DNA of 64,000 nucleotides, from the NCBI GenBank assembly GCA_026026165.1, contig JAPEUD010000007.1, positions 248,001 to 312,000 on the forward strand, given 5' to 3'. The notes beneath the pieces were generated by a model. The model was not told the origin of the DNA. It saw only the letters and a list, made by a program, of their open reading frames with translations, and made no database searches. Below, piece by piece: positions 26,251 through 38,691 of the stretch (its first letter is position 1; the number at the start of each line of letters is the position of its first letter). The DNA comes from Sarea resinae (Eukaryota). A program made the position numbers and the translations under genes.

Positions 26251-29047
26251 TCATACTTGAAAGCCTGGTGGGACATCGGCACCGGACATGGTCCAATCTG
26301 GATCAAAATTCTGCATAAAGGTGTCCCATTGGTCCTAGATATTCGGGCCAAGGTTAGTGATTGTTCAATGCAGTGGTCATCCGAGGGGAGACAGTTCCGT
26401 AGCATCGTTCAGTGTGCGATAATCGAGAGGAGCAGCGTGCAAGACAAAAGGGGGGAAATATTTACCCATTCAAAGCTCGTCGGTATCGAAGTAGTGTCAA
26501 TAGGTTCCAGGCCGACTCCTGGCGCCGTCGGTGCAGGGCCTTGGACGTCGAACCCCCAACTCGGCCAGGATAGATTGGCAGTGCCGCCGAGCCTCGGTTC
26601 TTGCATAGTTGCTTGGGGCACATCAAAAAGACCTTCATTGAGGCCGTTCCCGGGATTCGAGTCGTGCACGGCTGAGCCTTGAGCCCATGAAAGTACATCT
26701 CCCTGCCCGTGGGCTTGTGACGGCATTGAAGACGCCTCGCCACCCATAGTGCTCGAGTAGGCCATCTCTGGCATCGATCGTGCAATTCCAGATTTCTCCT
26801 GTCCAGCATTAGGCTCCTCAATAGGCTCATCAAATGTGGGCATTGGCTGCCGAAAATTATCATCGAGCTTGGAGCTCTGCGCTGATGGCGCAAGGCTTGG
26901 GTCTGAGTCATTTCGAAGAACAGCACTGAGCTTTCCAATCATAGTACTGATGATCTTGTTCGCCTTGAACCGCTGCGACGCTGGGTCACGATATGGAGCG
27001 TAAAAGTCATGCAGACGGAAGAGAGTCTCCACTAATTGACCTTGTGTGTAATTTAGCATGTCCGCCCGAGGATTGTATTGGCCATCTGGCTTCTGAGTGA
27101 TGATGATCTGGAGATAGATAATGACGGAAGCATTGAGGATGTCGTGCAGAAGCGGGGTCTCAAGAAACCACTCGATCTCATCCCAAAGCACCTGACTGGT
27201 ATTGCGGAGGTCCAAATTGTGGGATAGCAGCTTTACAGCAGCATCTAGTGAAGTACGGCGAGATGGGGCATATCTCTGCTCGTGGCGCCATCGGAAGGTA
27301 TAAGGCTTGTGGAGCAGCAATAGAGCCTTTTGATAAAGAATGTCAAGGGCGTATCTTTGGCTGATCAGCCATGGGGGAGTATCACCGTGCTTCCCATCAA
27401 CCGGAGGCCGCAACACCTCTGGAGTCTCGGCTATGATGTTCTGTATCTCGGCGTCCCATTTCAGAATATCTTCATACGGTGGCGGTGATTCGAGAACAAA
27501 GGTGCGAGTGACTATTCGCCCCAATAGACGACAAATCTTGGTCTTTGCTAGCAAGTAGGAAACGTCCGTAAATTCAACGAGAGGCCTTGCTGGAGGTAAT
27601 TCAGTCATCTCCTCGAAGAGTTCGTCGTCGTTCAGATTGCGTGGTAGTGCTGTGTTGAAGCCAGGCTGAGACAGAGTTGAAGGGAGCCCGATATGGATCG
27701 AGCCCTGCAGATCGGTGCTTAACATAACAGCCCATAGTCGCCGTCGCATTTCTGCCATGTAGAGCGGGATCGTTCCGTATGGCATCGGATCGTGATGCAG
27801 CCCAATCGAAAGAACTATGCGCATTAGCATTCCTTGTGCAGTCCACAAGGATCCTTGGGGATCCTTTCGCCTCATTTTCCGAGCAACAACAAGGAATAGT
27901 AGACAGATGACCACTTCTAACTGGGGGCATTTTGTAAAGTCTCCGCTCATCATCAAGCTCTGCTCGGCCGCACGTATGAGCGAGAACGCCGCATGTTCTG
28001 CTACGGTGTCTACCGGAACAGTCGGGAAGTACTGTATGGTCGATTGCAAAGCCAAGGCCAGTATAGAGAAGAGCATAGCAACCCACTTCAAGTCAACGTT
28101 AGTTGTGTTGATACCGCCATTGATGTGCGATGGCCAGAAAGATTCGTACTACAAGTATTTAGCTGACGCCCGTATGATGCGTGGAAACACGCTGGATGAG
28201 ATGCCAGACTTACTGCCGCTCGAAAGTTTTTCTCATGGAGGACATGATGAGAGTGATTGAACACACGGAAAAACCTTTCGATCAATGGGTCCGCAATATT
28301 TTTGTAGGGTAGAGCGGACAGCAATTCATCGGCTGATGAAGCTCTCACCCCACTGAAAGGGAAATTGAGTAGTGGTAGGTTGGCATCACAGTCGTTATAC
28401 CGCACATCGCTCTCCTGCGAGCTGTTTGAACCCGATCGTTTCCGGGAAGTGGGACAATGGAGGTCACGGAGCTCTGGATTTTCTAGAAGAGCCGCTCTCC
28501 AGTGGAATTCTCCATAGTATTTGACCCCGCCTTTCGACAGAGTCATCTTTCCCAAGGCTCGATTGACCGTGTCCAGGTCATCGCCATCGCTATGGTCGTC
28601 TGTTTCGTCCGACCCCTTTGCACTCCCCTCACCATTAGATCTCCCCTCCGCGGTGGTTCTTGATGAGTCGGACGTCAGGCGGCGTATTTCGGCAAGATTC
28701 TGTGGTCCAGAATTCTGCGACAGCAGAGACAAGATGAGGCTTTCTAAGCGGCCCATGCGATCCTTCATCTCCTCCATACTCTGCGGGTCATCTTCGGATG
28801 AATGTTTGCGAGAGCCACTGGCCCTCCGTCGAGACCTTCGAGCTTTGCCGCCTTGATGGATGTAGATGCATTTGCTGACGTCGTCATGCTTGACGCAATT
28901 GTCGCAGGGCCTACCGCGGTCGCATTTGACTTTTCGAAGTCTGCATTGTGCGCAGGATAGTAGCGCACGCTCCCGTTTGGGGCGATTGGGGTTGTCATGG
29001 TTTGAGGAGGCCTTCTCGACAGAGAAGTGTGGACCTGCTAGGTTCAT
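26251..29047 (-). CDS. Zn(II)2Cys6 transcription factor with fungal-specific TF (middle homology) domain
   Basis: Binuclear cluster CAQCRLRKVKCDRGRPCDNCVKHDDVSKC; motifs IGLHHDP, EMRRRLW and LPRNLNDDEL. Introns 28149-28213 and 26335-26465; the final exon DQWDTFMQNFDPDW resembles an acidic activation domain. Confidence 0.93.
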
Positions 29048-29687
29048 GACTGCCCATTTCCCTGGTGTGACGAGCCTGATTAGCTGTCTTCAGTCGTGCA
29101 ACCAACCAGGAGAAGAATGCCGAGCTCTCACTTTCATCGACCTTTGATCCTCAACGTTGTTCCAATTCCGCGACCGAGGTGGCTCTGAGTATTTGCAGCA
29201 ATGGGAGAACAGGCGAACAGGCCGTCATGGCTCTCGATCTGATAAATTCTGGAGTCGCGATACGAGAGATTGCCGGTGCCTAAAAATACGCTTAGATCGC
29301 CCCGTAAAATCCCGGCTTGAAAGTGTCCCGCCAAATGGATGCGAATCGAGCCGACAAGCTTTCAGTCTAGGCAATTGCCAAGCTTCCCCGCTCCTCATGG
29401 GGCCAACACTGTAAATCAGGGACCAGCCCTATCACTTGCAAACTATCTGCAGGAGCATTGCGCCCTTTGGTGAATCATATAGATCACTACCATCATGCTG
29501 TAAGGGCCGGTAAAGCTAGACGAAGCTTGCTTGGGTTTTTCGAAAGTGATGAGGCACCGAGGGAGGTGGCATGCATGCATTTTGGACCATTATCTCGACT
29601 AAGGGAGCCTCCATCAGAGGATGACGCATATATACAATCCGCGCTTCGGACGAAATCCAACGATATCCACCCGATGACAGAGCACGA

Positions 29688-30683
29688 TCAAAGACTTTTC
29701 TCATACTTCATGATATCCGCAATATTCGCGCCCAACGCCTTGGTCTTGTCCTCCGGCAAACGCTGCAGTGGCCGTCGAGGATAGCCCCCATAACCAAAAT
29801 ATTGCTCGATGGCACTCTTGGTGCCCGGGATGGCCGTCTTGGTCAGCACCCAGTCACCCTTGGACACGAGCTTCTGCAGCTCCATGGCCTCTTCGAGTTT
29901 CCCCTCGTTCCAGAGGCTCCACACTTTGACGATGGTCTTCGGCATGACATTGGCTCCTCCGGCAATGATGCCAGAACCACCACTGACCAAGGTCTGCACC
30001 GTGAAGTCGGCCATCCCACCAAAAGCCATATATCCTGAGCCTCTCCGCTTCGGCGTGACGGCGTCCATGGCCAGCGCGACCCGGGTCAATTTGCCCGTGT
30101 TCCCACAGGTGAACTTCGTCCCGATGATATTCGGATGTTGTGAGATTTTGATGATGAAGTCGCTGTCCATGTCGATGCCAGCCACCGCTCCCGGGTAGTT
30201 GTAGAGGATGATAGGTAATGGCGAGCCGTCAGCGACGCCGATGTAGTAATCGTACAAGGCGTCCTCGCTGATGAGGCCGCGGAAGTAGCTTGGTGGAACC
30301 AGAAGTGTGTATTCTCCTCCTGCTGCCTCGGCCTCTCTGATCAGCTCCAACGTGCCACGAACGCTTTGCTCGGATGCGCCCACGATGACGGGCACGTCGT
30401 GGTATCCCGCTTCGTCGAGGGCTTCCCGGGTTGCCTTGGTCACGGCCGCTCGTTCGGCGCGGTTCAGGTGCACGGCTTCGCCATTCGATCCCATCGGGAT
30501 CAGGCCGACCAAGCCATCTTTGGCCAGACGGACGGCATGTTTCTTGACGGTGGGGAAGTCGATATCTTCGGTGACGGGATCGAAGAAGGTCATGGTGGGG
30601 GCATAGATGCCCGGACGAAGCGGGGTGCGAGGCTTCGTCTCGGCGTGGCCAGTGCCATTGCTGACGCCATTGGGGTGAGGCAT
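29688..30683 (-). CDS. gaaC: 2-keto-3-deoxy-L-galactonate (L-threo-3-deoxy-hexulosonate) aldolase, DHDPS family
   Basis: Intronless, 331 aa. PLRPGIYAPTMTFFDP, GSNGEAVHL, LYNYPGAVAGIDMDSD, GTKFTC (Schiff-base Lys) and DWVLTKTAIPGTKSAI closely match my recollection of Aspergillus niger GaaC. Divergent from gaaA. Confidence 0.93.
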   Translation of the reverse strand: MPHPNGVSNGTGHAETKPRTPLRPGIYAPTMTFFDPVTEDIDFPTVKKHAVRLAKDGLVGLIPMGSNGEAVHLNRAERAAVTKATREALDEAGYHDVPVIVGASEQSVRGTLELIREAEAAGGEYTLLVPPSYFRGLISEDALYDYYIGVADGSPLPIILYNYPGAVAGIDMDSDFIIKISQHPNIIGTKFTCGNTGKLTRVALAMDAVTPKRRGSGYMAFGGMADFTVQTLVSGGSGIIAGGANVMPKTIVKVWSLWNEGKLEEAMELQKLVSKGDWVLTKTAIPGTKSAIEQYFGYGGYPRRPLQRLPEDKTKALGANIADIMKYEKSL

Positions 30684-31197
30684 AATGGTCGATGGATGTG
30701 TTGATGGATTGTTTTGATGATGTTAGGAGTAGCTGTCAATGGCGAGGGCGAATGTCCACCAGGGACATACCATCCGAGCGGTATTATATATCTACTATCA
30801 TCTCTGCTCGCGGCATCTCACACGATCGGGAGGTCAATGACAGTCATCCCACGTCGCTGTGACGCTGGGACGCTGGGACGGGCACACTACTCCGTAGCGG
30901 GCGAGTCGAATCCATCTACTTCCCAGACCGGTCTACAGCGTAAAGGTAACGCACCGTCCATTGCATTCCATGGCAGCGCTTTGACGGAGGACCCTAAGAT
31001 TTTCCGGCGGCCCAGCGGCGCTGAAAGATGCTGATCCTGTTATGCTCGTCCTTCGTATGTCTGTCACGTCAGTGGCCCAGGACAGGTGGGCTGAGTAGCG
31101 ATGGATCTTGACTAAGACGATCGAGAAGCCTTGGGCTGTTCCTGTCGCGGGAGGATCCAGGAATCCTCCCAGCGAGAGTCGCCTCGGAAGCAATTCT

Positions 31198-31206
31198 TCC
31201 ACCAAT
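31198..31206 (+). promoter_or_regulatory. GARE (galacturonic acid responsive element) TCCACCAAT in the gaaC/gaaA bidirectional promoter
   Basis: Exact match to the TCCNCCAAT consensus near the middle of the 30684-31782 intergenic region. A second match, TCCCCCAAT at 31730-31738, lies close to the gaaA ATG. Confidence 0.75.
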
Positions 31207-31782
31207 GATGCGAGGACTCCGGAGTACTGCGAGGACGCCCCTTTGGGAATATCCCGCGTGGGGGCTGCCCTACCTTAGGATTGACGGCGGGGTTTCTACG
31301 CCCGCCACGAGGCTCGAGGATCCCCACCCCGCCGCCGTATCGCCCATTCCCATTCCCCTTCCGCTTCCGCCGTCTCTCTGGTCGTGGTGTGGATGCCAGT
31401 GATCTTCGCATGCATGATTGCTTGATTGATTGATTGTGTTGCCAGGGCCCAGCCGAAGTGATGCTGGGGACGTATGGTGATGGTGATGGTAATGGTAATG
31501 CTTCTTGACTGATGAGTCAAAAGGCCAACGACCAAAGCTCGTGAGGGGGCCCCGATGAGGAATTATTTCCCATCCTGCCCGTCCATCGTATTTTCCCGTC
31601 GCGCGTCTTGGATCGCTCGACGGCGGGAATCTTCCGCCTGCCGCTCCACGATACCCCGACGTAAATACACACGAGAGACCTCAGCACCTCAATTGCACCT
31701 CATCCTCAACCATCTCCCTCTCATCTATTTCCCCCAATTGACACCCCTCGCATAGAACTCATCTGGAACGGCCACCTCCACA

Positions 31783-33361
31783 ATGGCACCTCTCAACGTC
31801 TGCATGATCGGCACCGGCGAATACACGACGGGCTTCGTCGGCACTGGGGCCTCGCAGTCGGACAAGAAGATTGGCGTCGTTGCGCTCACCATGTTCGACC
31901 TGCGCCGAAGAGGCAAAGTAGGCAAATTGAGCATGGTGGGCACGTCGGGCCACAAGTTCCCCGCCATTCGTCTGTTCACCCGTAGCTGTCTTTCCGCCGA
32001 AAGAGGCATCAGCTAACACATATACTTGCATCCAGGCCAGCACCTCCAAAAGAACATCTCCGAAGTCTACAACAACCTCGACGTCTCCTTCACCTCGTAT
32101 CCCAATGACACGGCCTCGGACCCTTTGGCCTACAAGACCGCCATCGACGCCCTCTCCCCCGGCGACGCCATCACCATCTTCACGCCCGACTCGACACACT
32201 ACCCGATCGCCCTGTACGCCATCCAGCGCGGCATCCACGTACTGATCACCAAACCGGCGACGCAGCTGCTCTCGCACCATCTGTCCCTGCTCGCCGAAGC
32301 CCGGAAACACAACGTCTTCGTCTACATCGAGCACCACAAGCGCTTCGACCCGGCGTACGCCGACGCGCGCGCCCGAGCCAAGCAGCTGGGCGACTTCAAC
32401 TATTTCTACAGCTACATGTCGCAGCCCAAGTCGCAGCTGGAGACGTTCAAGGCGTGGGCGGGCCGCGACAGCGACATCAGCTACTACCTGAACTCGCACC
32501 ACATCGACGTGTGCGAGTCCATGGTCGGCGAGTCGTACAAGCCTGTCAAGGTGACGGCGTCGGGCTCCAAGGGCGTGGCGGCGGATCTGGGCGTGGCGGC
32601 CGAGACGGAGGATACGATTACCTTGCTGGTGGAATGGGTCAAGAGGGACGATCCGAGCCGAAAAGCGACGGGGGTGTATACGGCGAGTTGGACGGCGCCG
32701 CTGAAGGCGGGCGTGCACTCGAATCAGTACTTTCATTGTCAGTAGCCTTCCGGTCCAATCCAGCGGGACAAGTCCATTCTCGTCAGAACCGCCATCCTAA
32801 CGCAGATTCCGCAACAGACATGGCATCCAAGGGCGAACTTCGCATCGACCAAGCCAAGCGCGGCTACGACGTGGCCGATGACTCCCAAGGGCAGCTCATG
32901 TGGTACAATCCGTACGTAGCCTTCCCCTTTTTTTTTTTACTTTTCTCTCTCCCGTCGACATGGCCCCTCCTCTCCCCTCTCTCTTCCCATTCCTACCTTT
33001 GAATCCTCCCCACTCCACCCCCTCCCTCTTCCCCCCCTCACCCCACCAACCCACCAACCCACCAACCATCCCTAACCAAGCCACTCCCCACAGATTCTAC
33101 ATGCGCTACGCGCCCTCGGAAACGGGCGATTTCGCCGGCCAGACGGGCTACGGCTACATCAGCTTCGAGAAATTCGTCGACGCGGTCAGCGAGCTGAAAA
33201 CCGGCGCCACCACCCTGGACGGCCTCGACGCCCGCGGCCTGCCCACGCTGCGCAATACCATCGCCACGGGGGCCATCCTGGAGGCCGGCCGGCGCAGCTT
33301 GGATACGGGGAAGGCGGTTGCGGTTAGTGAGGATGGGGAGGGGGCGTGGAGGCTGGAGTGA
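31783..33361 (+). CDS. gaaA: D-galacturonate reductase (Gfo/Idh/MocA family)
   Basis: Motifs [11 protein letters not shown]...[55 protein letters not shown] and [13 protein letters not shown] match my recollection of A. niger GaaA. Introns 31970-32035, 32738-32817, 32912-33093. Confidence 0.95.
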
Positions 33362-33822
33362 GTGGGTGGGTGGGTGAAAGGGTGGGTGAAAGGGTGAGGG
33401 AGGGAGGGAGGGAGGTAGAGGGCTGGACGGATGGATAAAACGAACTCCTAATTCTAATGCCAATCCCAATCATCATACTACTATCCCAGCCATACTCTGC
33501 CATTGCCCTTCCCCATCTTCCCCATCTTCCCCATCTCCTCAGTCTTTCCTATCCCCTATCCCCCCTCCCCCCCCCCCCCCCCCCCCCCATCTTGCTATCG
33601 TCCTAACCTTCCTCACCTTCCTCACCTTTCCCCCATCTCAACCATCTCAACCATCTCAACCATCTCAACCATCTCAAGCGATAAAAAAACCCACCCGCAG
33701 CGGCGAAACTCTCATCTTCACGTCTTCTCGTGTCGTGTCCCTTGTCCCGTGTCGCTTGTCCCTTGGCTCATCTACATCTCTTTCTTCCAACACCTACATG
33801 CATGCACACAGACACACATATA

Positions 33823-33874
<52 letters not shown>

Positions 33875-34520
33875 GATAGCAATACCAATAGCAATACCAA
33901 TAGCAGATTCACATCCATCTACCCATCCATCGATTCATCCATCCATCGACCTCATCTACCTATATTATAGCATAGCATAGCATAGCATAGCATAGCATAG
34001 CATAGCAAAATATAGTATCGTACACCGAGACAAAGAACAAAAGCCAAAAGCCGAAGAAATAAAAAAGCAGAGAGAACGCTAGCTCCAAGGAAAGAAAAAG
34101 GGCACCGAGCCGATGATGGATGGTATTAGACTATCGAGTACAGAGAATAGAGTACAGAGTATAGAGAATGGAAAGGGGATGAGAGGGAGAGAGAGAGAGA
34201 GGGATGAATGGGTGGATCGATAGATGTGGGTGGTCTTGATGAGGGTTATGGGTGGGAAAAAGGGGCGGCGCCTGGGAAGGGAGCGAGGGAGTAGGCAGAG
34301 ACGCTAGGGACGGAATGCATTGAGTTGCTGAAAAGAAAATCGGGAGCAGGCGTTAAATGATTGATTGATGGTTGGGTGGATGCGAGCAAGCAAGCAGCGA
34401 AGCAAGGAAGGATGGGTGGTGGGTAGATGAGTGGATGATGGATGATAGACAGAAGCAAATGCAAGCAAAGACCCAATCCGACACCAAGTCCAAGACCAAG
34501 ACCAATACCAAAAAAAAAGC
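33362..34520. repeat. Microsatellite-dense block between the convergent gaaA and F-box genes
   Basis: GGGT/GGGA runs at 33364-33412, C22 at 33567-33588, (ACCATCTCA)n at about 33632-33677, (CA)n at about 33830-33872, (ATAGC)n at about 33967-34006 and (GA)n at about 34187-34201. Confidence 0.9.
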
Positions 34521-34522
34521 AT

Positions 34523-36952
34523 CTAGCCCTCCAACAATTCCACCCCCGCAAGCCCGTATCCAAAATCCATGAGCACGACGCTGCCATCCTGCGACGTGCC
34601 GATGACGCGTCTGTAGTCGCCCTTGGCGCTGAGGATCCAACTCGTCGTCCAACCGGGGAAATTGCCGATTTCCCTATCGACCGCATCCGTCTCCTCGACC
34701 ACGACCGCCGCCGTCGCCATCGTCGCCGGACGAGGAGGAGCCACCGGACCCTTGGCGCCAATGCGCTGCGGCTCCCCGCCACGAGGCTCAACTCCATGCT
34801 TCCAGTCCCACACCCGCACGCTAAGATCGTAACTCCCAGACACGACCCGCGCGTTCGCCTCGTCGAGATGCAGACTCCGCACTAAGCCCTTGTGACCCAC
34901 GAGACTGGACACCAGATGGCCGGAGGCGGTATCAAAGACGTAGACGATGTGGTCATTGCCGCCGGCGAGGATGAAGCGGGCATCCGACGAGAACTCGACG
35001 CATGCGAGGCCCCGACCCGCGGAGTGGAATTCTTTGACGCAGGCGTTCGATGCCGCCGAGGAACTGGGACAGGACGGTCCCAGCGAACCCGATGTGGTTA
35101 GGGAATCCAAATTCCAGAGTTTGGCCACGCCGTCGCCGGAAGCGGAGACGACCAGGTTACCGCGCATCTGGACGGCGTTGACAGGGCCCTTGTGGGCCGA
35201 GGGGAGATGGTGGAGAAGTGAACCGTCGATGCGAGACCAAATGGCCAAGGAGCAGTCTTTGGAGCAAGTGACGATGTGTTTATCGTCAAAGGTGAGATCT
35301 AGGACCGGTGCTTTGTGGATGCGAAGACGGGCCAGAGGAGTGAAGGATGGGAGAGACCAGATGATGCAGGTCGTGTCCGAGGAGCCGGTGATGAGGGTGG
35401 TGGCATCATATTGCAGACAGAGGATTGAGGCGCTGTGGTAGTCGGATGGGGTAGAGCGAATGGCGGCGGAGGATGACGCGGCGTGGGTCTGGGTTGCGAT
35501 GGGGGCTGTCGAGGTGCTTGTCGTATGAAGAGCATGGTGGTTGTGATGTTGTTGGTGGGATGAAGAGGAAGAAAAGTCCACAGCTTGGGGACTGCCGATT
35601 ATCTTTGTGCACTGGTAAGTGTGCATGTCCCACACGCGGATGGTTTGGTCGCGGGAGCCCGTGATGAGTTTGTTTCTATGCCTGTTAGATCTGTCCGAAA
35701 GATAAGGTGATTGGACCCACTCGTCAAACTGGGCACAGTAGACACTGTCGGTATGGCCATTCAGGTATATTGCTGCCGCACTGCCATTTCTCCATCGTGC
35801 ATCCAGCGTCTTACGCACTTGGTACATGCGCTTCCAGTCTTGATCGGGGACGATACGCCCTAAGCCCGCTCCACCGACGCGGTACGGCTCCAACTCCGAC
35901 GCTCTAGGTTTGAGATTTCTTCCATACTCTTTCAGGAAGATATTCCTCCAGACATGGTGGGACACTGCAGCGGCATTCCATCCTCGCGATACCAGTTCGG
36001 ACTCCATCAGAGAGCGAGGATCAAGACGAGACAAGATCATCGACCAGAGCTCCATCGGAAGGTGGACGGCGGGATCTCGCTAAGTCAGCCTCTCGTGCAT
36101 ATCTCGTATCGAGAGAGGGAACACACCTTTTCGCACCATGGATAGTCCATAGTCTGCATGAGGACCGATTGGGTACCGGACTTCCATGCCAATGCCGCTC
36201 TCCGCATCTCGCTCGAGCATTGGCTCGTCTATCCGGGTCTCGATCTTCGCCACCGCTCGTCCAACCCCAAGTCTCTCATTCTCTGCTGCGGCCGCGGCCC
36301 TCGCCGCCGCTCCACGATTGGGGTCATCCGGGAGGATTGGAGGTGCCGAGCCGTTTCCTGGCACCGGTGAGCTGACATGCCAGACTGGCGGAGCATCGGG
36401 GGGCGAAGTCGAGAAATGAGGAGCACGATGATGGCGAAAGCTTGCAGCACGCCTCAGCCAGCCTGCAGCTTTGGACGGCGCATGTTCGTTTCTGGGAGAA
36501 AGGAAGGAGTCTGGAGGATGCTCGTGTTGGCTCGACTCATGGTGGGCCCAGTGTAGATGCTTCGGTCTCAAAGTCACCGAAGCACGTCGAACGACAGATC
36601 GCACACTGTCCGACACGCTGTGAAGAGTAGAGAAGTTTCTCGTGTGATGGCGCGGATTCAGCGATCGCTGGACGTGAGAATGGTCTCCATCCTCGACCGA
36701 ATGATCGGGCTGGAAATTGACGCGGTCAAAGGACTTTTCAAGGTCTGCGACCGAGTCGGTCGACTGATCACGATGGTTCAGCGCCGCGGGAAACCTCCAT
36801 TCATCGGGAAAGATGGCCGTGACAGGTCTTCTGGGTGGTAGATGGCTGGGACGAGCGAAAGAGCCCAGCGTCGTGTGATGGGATAATGTCGCGGACCGGG
36901 AGTGTCGAAGACCGGCAGACGGCTGGAGATCTGACACGTCCTGCGAATTCAT
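34523..36952 (-). CDS. fwd-1: F-box/WD40 SCF substrate adaptor, FWD-1/Fbx23 (beta-TrCP/Slimb)-like
   Basis: F-box start DPAVHLPMELWSMIL is restored by intron 36076-36126. WD40 blades include [73 protein letters not shown] and WILSAKGDYRR...LMDFG. Second intron 35676-35720. Orthology is from recalled motifs only. Confidence 0.85.
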
Positions 36953-37563
36953 GATCTCGATATCGTCTCTGTGCGCACGGTAACGGCAACTGGTGAAGCA
37001 ACACGGAGAAGAGATCGCAAGTCGAGTGCGTGTGAGAGCAGTTGCTGCAGAGATAGTATAGTCAATAAAGAGCGACAGACTTGATGCTCAGCACTGTATC
37101 AGCTGACGAGCAAGAAGCAAAGGGATGAGGGGAGACTGGGAACACAAAAGGAGAATTGGGCCAGGAGTTGGATATGATGATTCGGGGGCTGGATTAAGGG
37201 TCTGGGAAGATTTTCAGCGTCGATTTAAACAGTACCGCGGTGCGACTCGGAACGGCACTCGCTTACAGTATCAGACAAAGTACACCCAAGTAGATTGACT
37301 GTTGACTGACTCGCGCCGAACTACTCGGGGTAGTCTGCGCCTTGCACGCTTAGGGACAATACTACGGATCATGGCGGCGACAACAACAATCACAGGAGGG
37401 TGTGAAGGTGAAGGTGTCCGTGCTATTGCACTGTTGCTGGGGAAGCCGCAATAACTGAAGCCATTCATTCTACTACGGTCCGATATCTTCATATCCACCA
37501 TGTCACCATGTCTCTTCCAAGAAGAATTGCCATTGACATCGATGCAGCCTCGACCGTCCTCCT

Positions 37564-38247
37564 CTACTGCTGCTCTGCCCCCTTGGCAGCTTCGAGCCAA
37601 CCGAATCGCCGGTCGCAGAAGAGCTCCTGCGTGGGAGCGGGGACGTCTTCAAAGAGACTCGCCTTGACGAAGTAGAGGTCTGGGACGATCGGAGTACCCG
37701 TGAAGAGGGGACTGCATCACCTCTCGTCACCCCTTTTCTCTCTGATTGTGAATGCGTGAATGCGTGAATGCGTGCACTTACCTGCCGCAGTCCTGACAGA
37801 AGTTGCGCTGTAGCCATTGCGATGTTGAGGTCAGCACCCATTCATGCTGCCTTTATTGCTCTCATCGTTCTCATTGTTGTCATCCTCTCACCTCGACCGT
37901 GTTCCCGCTGACCGTGTTCTTATCCTGGTACACCTTTCGCTTACCCCCCGCATCTTCAACGGTCACTTCCGTCTTGGGCACGACGAAATTAATCGAATAG
38001 GCTGATTGCTCGTGATGCATGTCAGGACCTGCCAGACCATCCCGTGGGGAGGAGGGATCTCTTACGCCCACCCGCCCGACGACAGCTCTTGCTATGAAGG
38101 TTTAGAAGCCACTCGTGACATCAATAGTGTCTCCAACAGGAGAACCGGGAGATGCCGTGCTTACCAATGGCACATCACCGACGAGGTGGGCGCCTTCGCC
38201 AAGGTGAGCTTGACGGCGCCGCAGTTGCAGTGTCCAGCAGTCGACAT
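37564..38247 (-). CDS. GFA/CENP-V (Mss4-like) zinc-binding protein, 130 aa, five exons; not in the ORF track
   Basis: Exons 38247-38165, 38091-38066, 38001-37892, 37807-37782 and 37711-37564 (393 nt, all introns GT-AG). They give MSTAGHCNCGAVKLTLAKAPTSSVMCHCKSCRRAGGPYSINFVVPK...SGNTVERNFCQDCGSPLFT...ELFCDRRFGWLEAAKGAEQQ*, which has the GFA pattern CxCG...CHCxxC...FCxxCGS. Confidence 0.92.
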
Positions 38248-38691
38248 GTTGTACTCGTATGAATTCGAGAGGATCAGAGATGGCGTGGCTGAGATGAGGA
38301 GGATGAGGGCACGGCAAGCAATACTGCCTTCCACCTGGGCAGCTTATACTCCCGAGTACTGTAAAGTTCGACTCAGGTCTAGACCCCGCCATGCATCCCA
38401 TGTAGTCATCGATTGCTGCGTACCCGAGATCTGCAACGTCCGATCGCTACGTAAAAGGGGTGGACGGCACAAAGAACGGTACAGTTCGGAGTATATAGGT
38501 CAGTTGAGTGCGTACAGTTCGCAGTACGGAGTACACAGTACTCTCCTTTACTGTATCGGGCAGCGGAAGCCATCGATCGGGGCCGAGGGGGCGGAGCGGA
38601 GAGCTGCAGCTGCATCCCCTACAGTACGACGGTCATTCGAATGAGAACGACATCGACATCGACATCGACAACGACAACAACGACAACGACA

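Noticed and set aside
26251..29047. Zn2Cys6 TF next to gaaC as GaaR
   Set aside because: Its zinc cluster and architecture do not match my recollection of GaaR, and no gaaX neighbour is present; adjacency alone is insufficient.
31759..32736. 325-aa antisense ORF over gaaA, and similar antisense ORFs over other GC-rich genes
   Set aside because: Shadow ORFs expected from extreme GC-ending codon usage on the sense strand.
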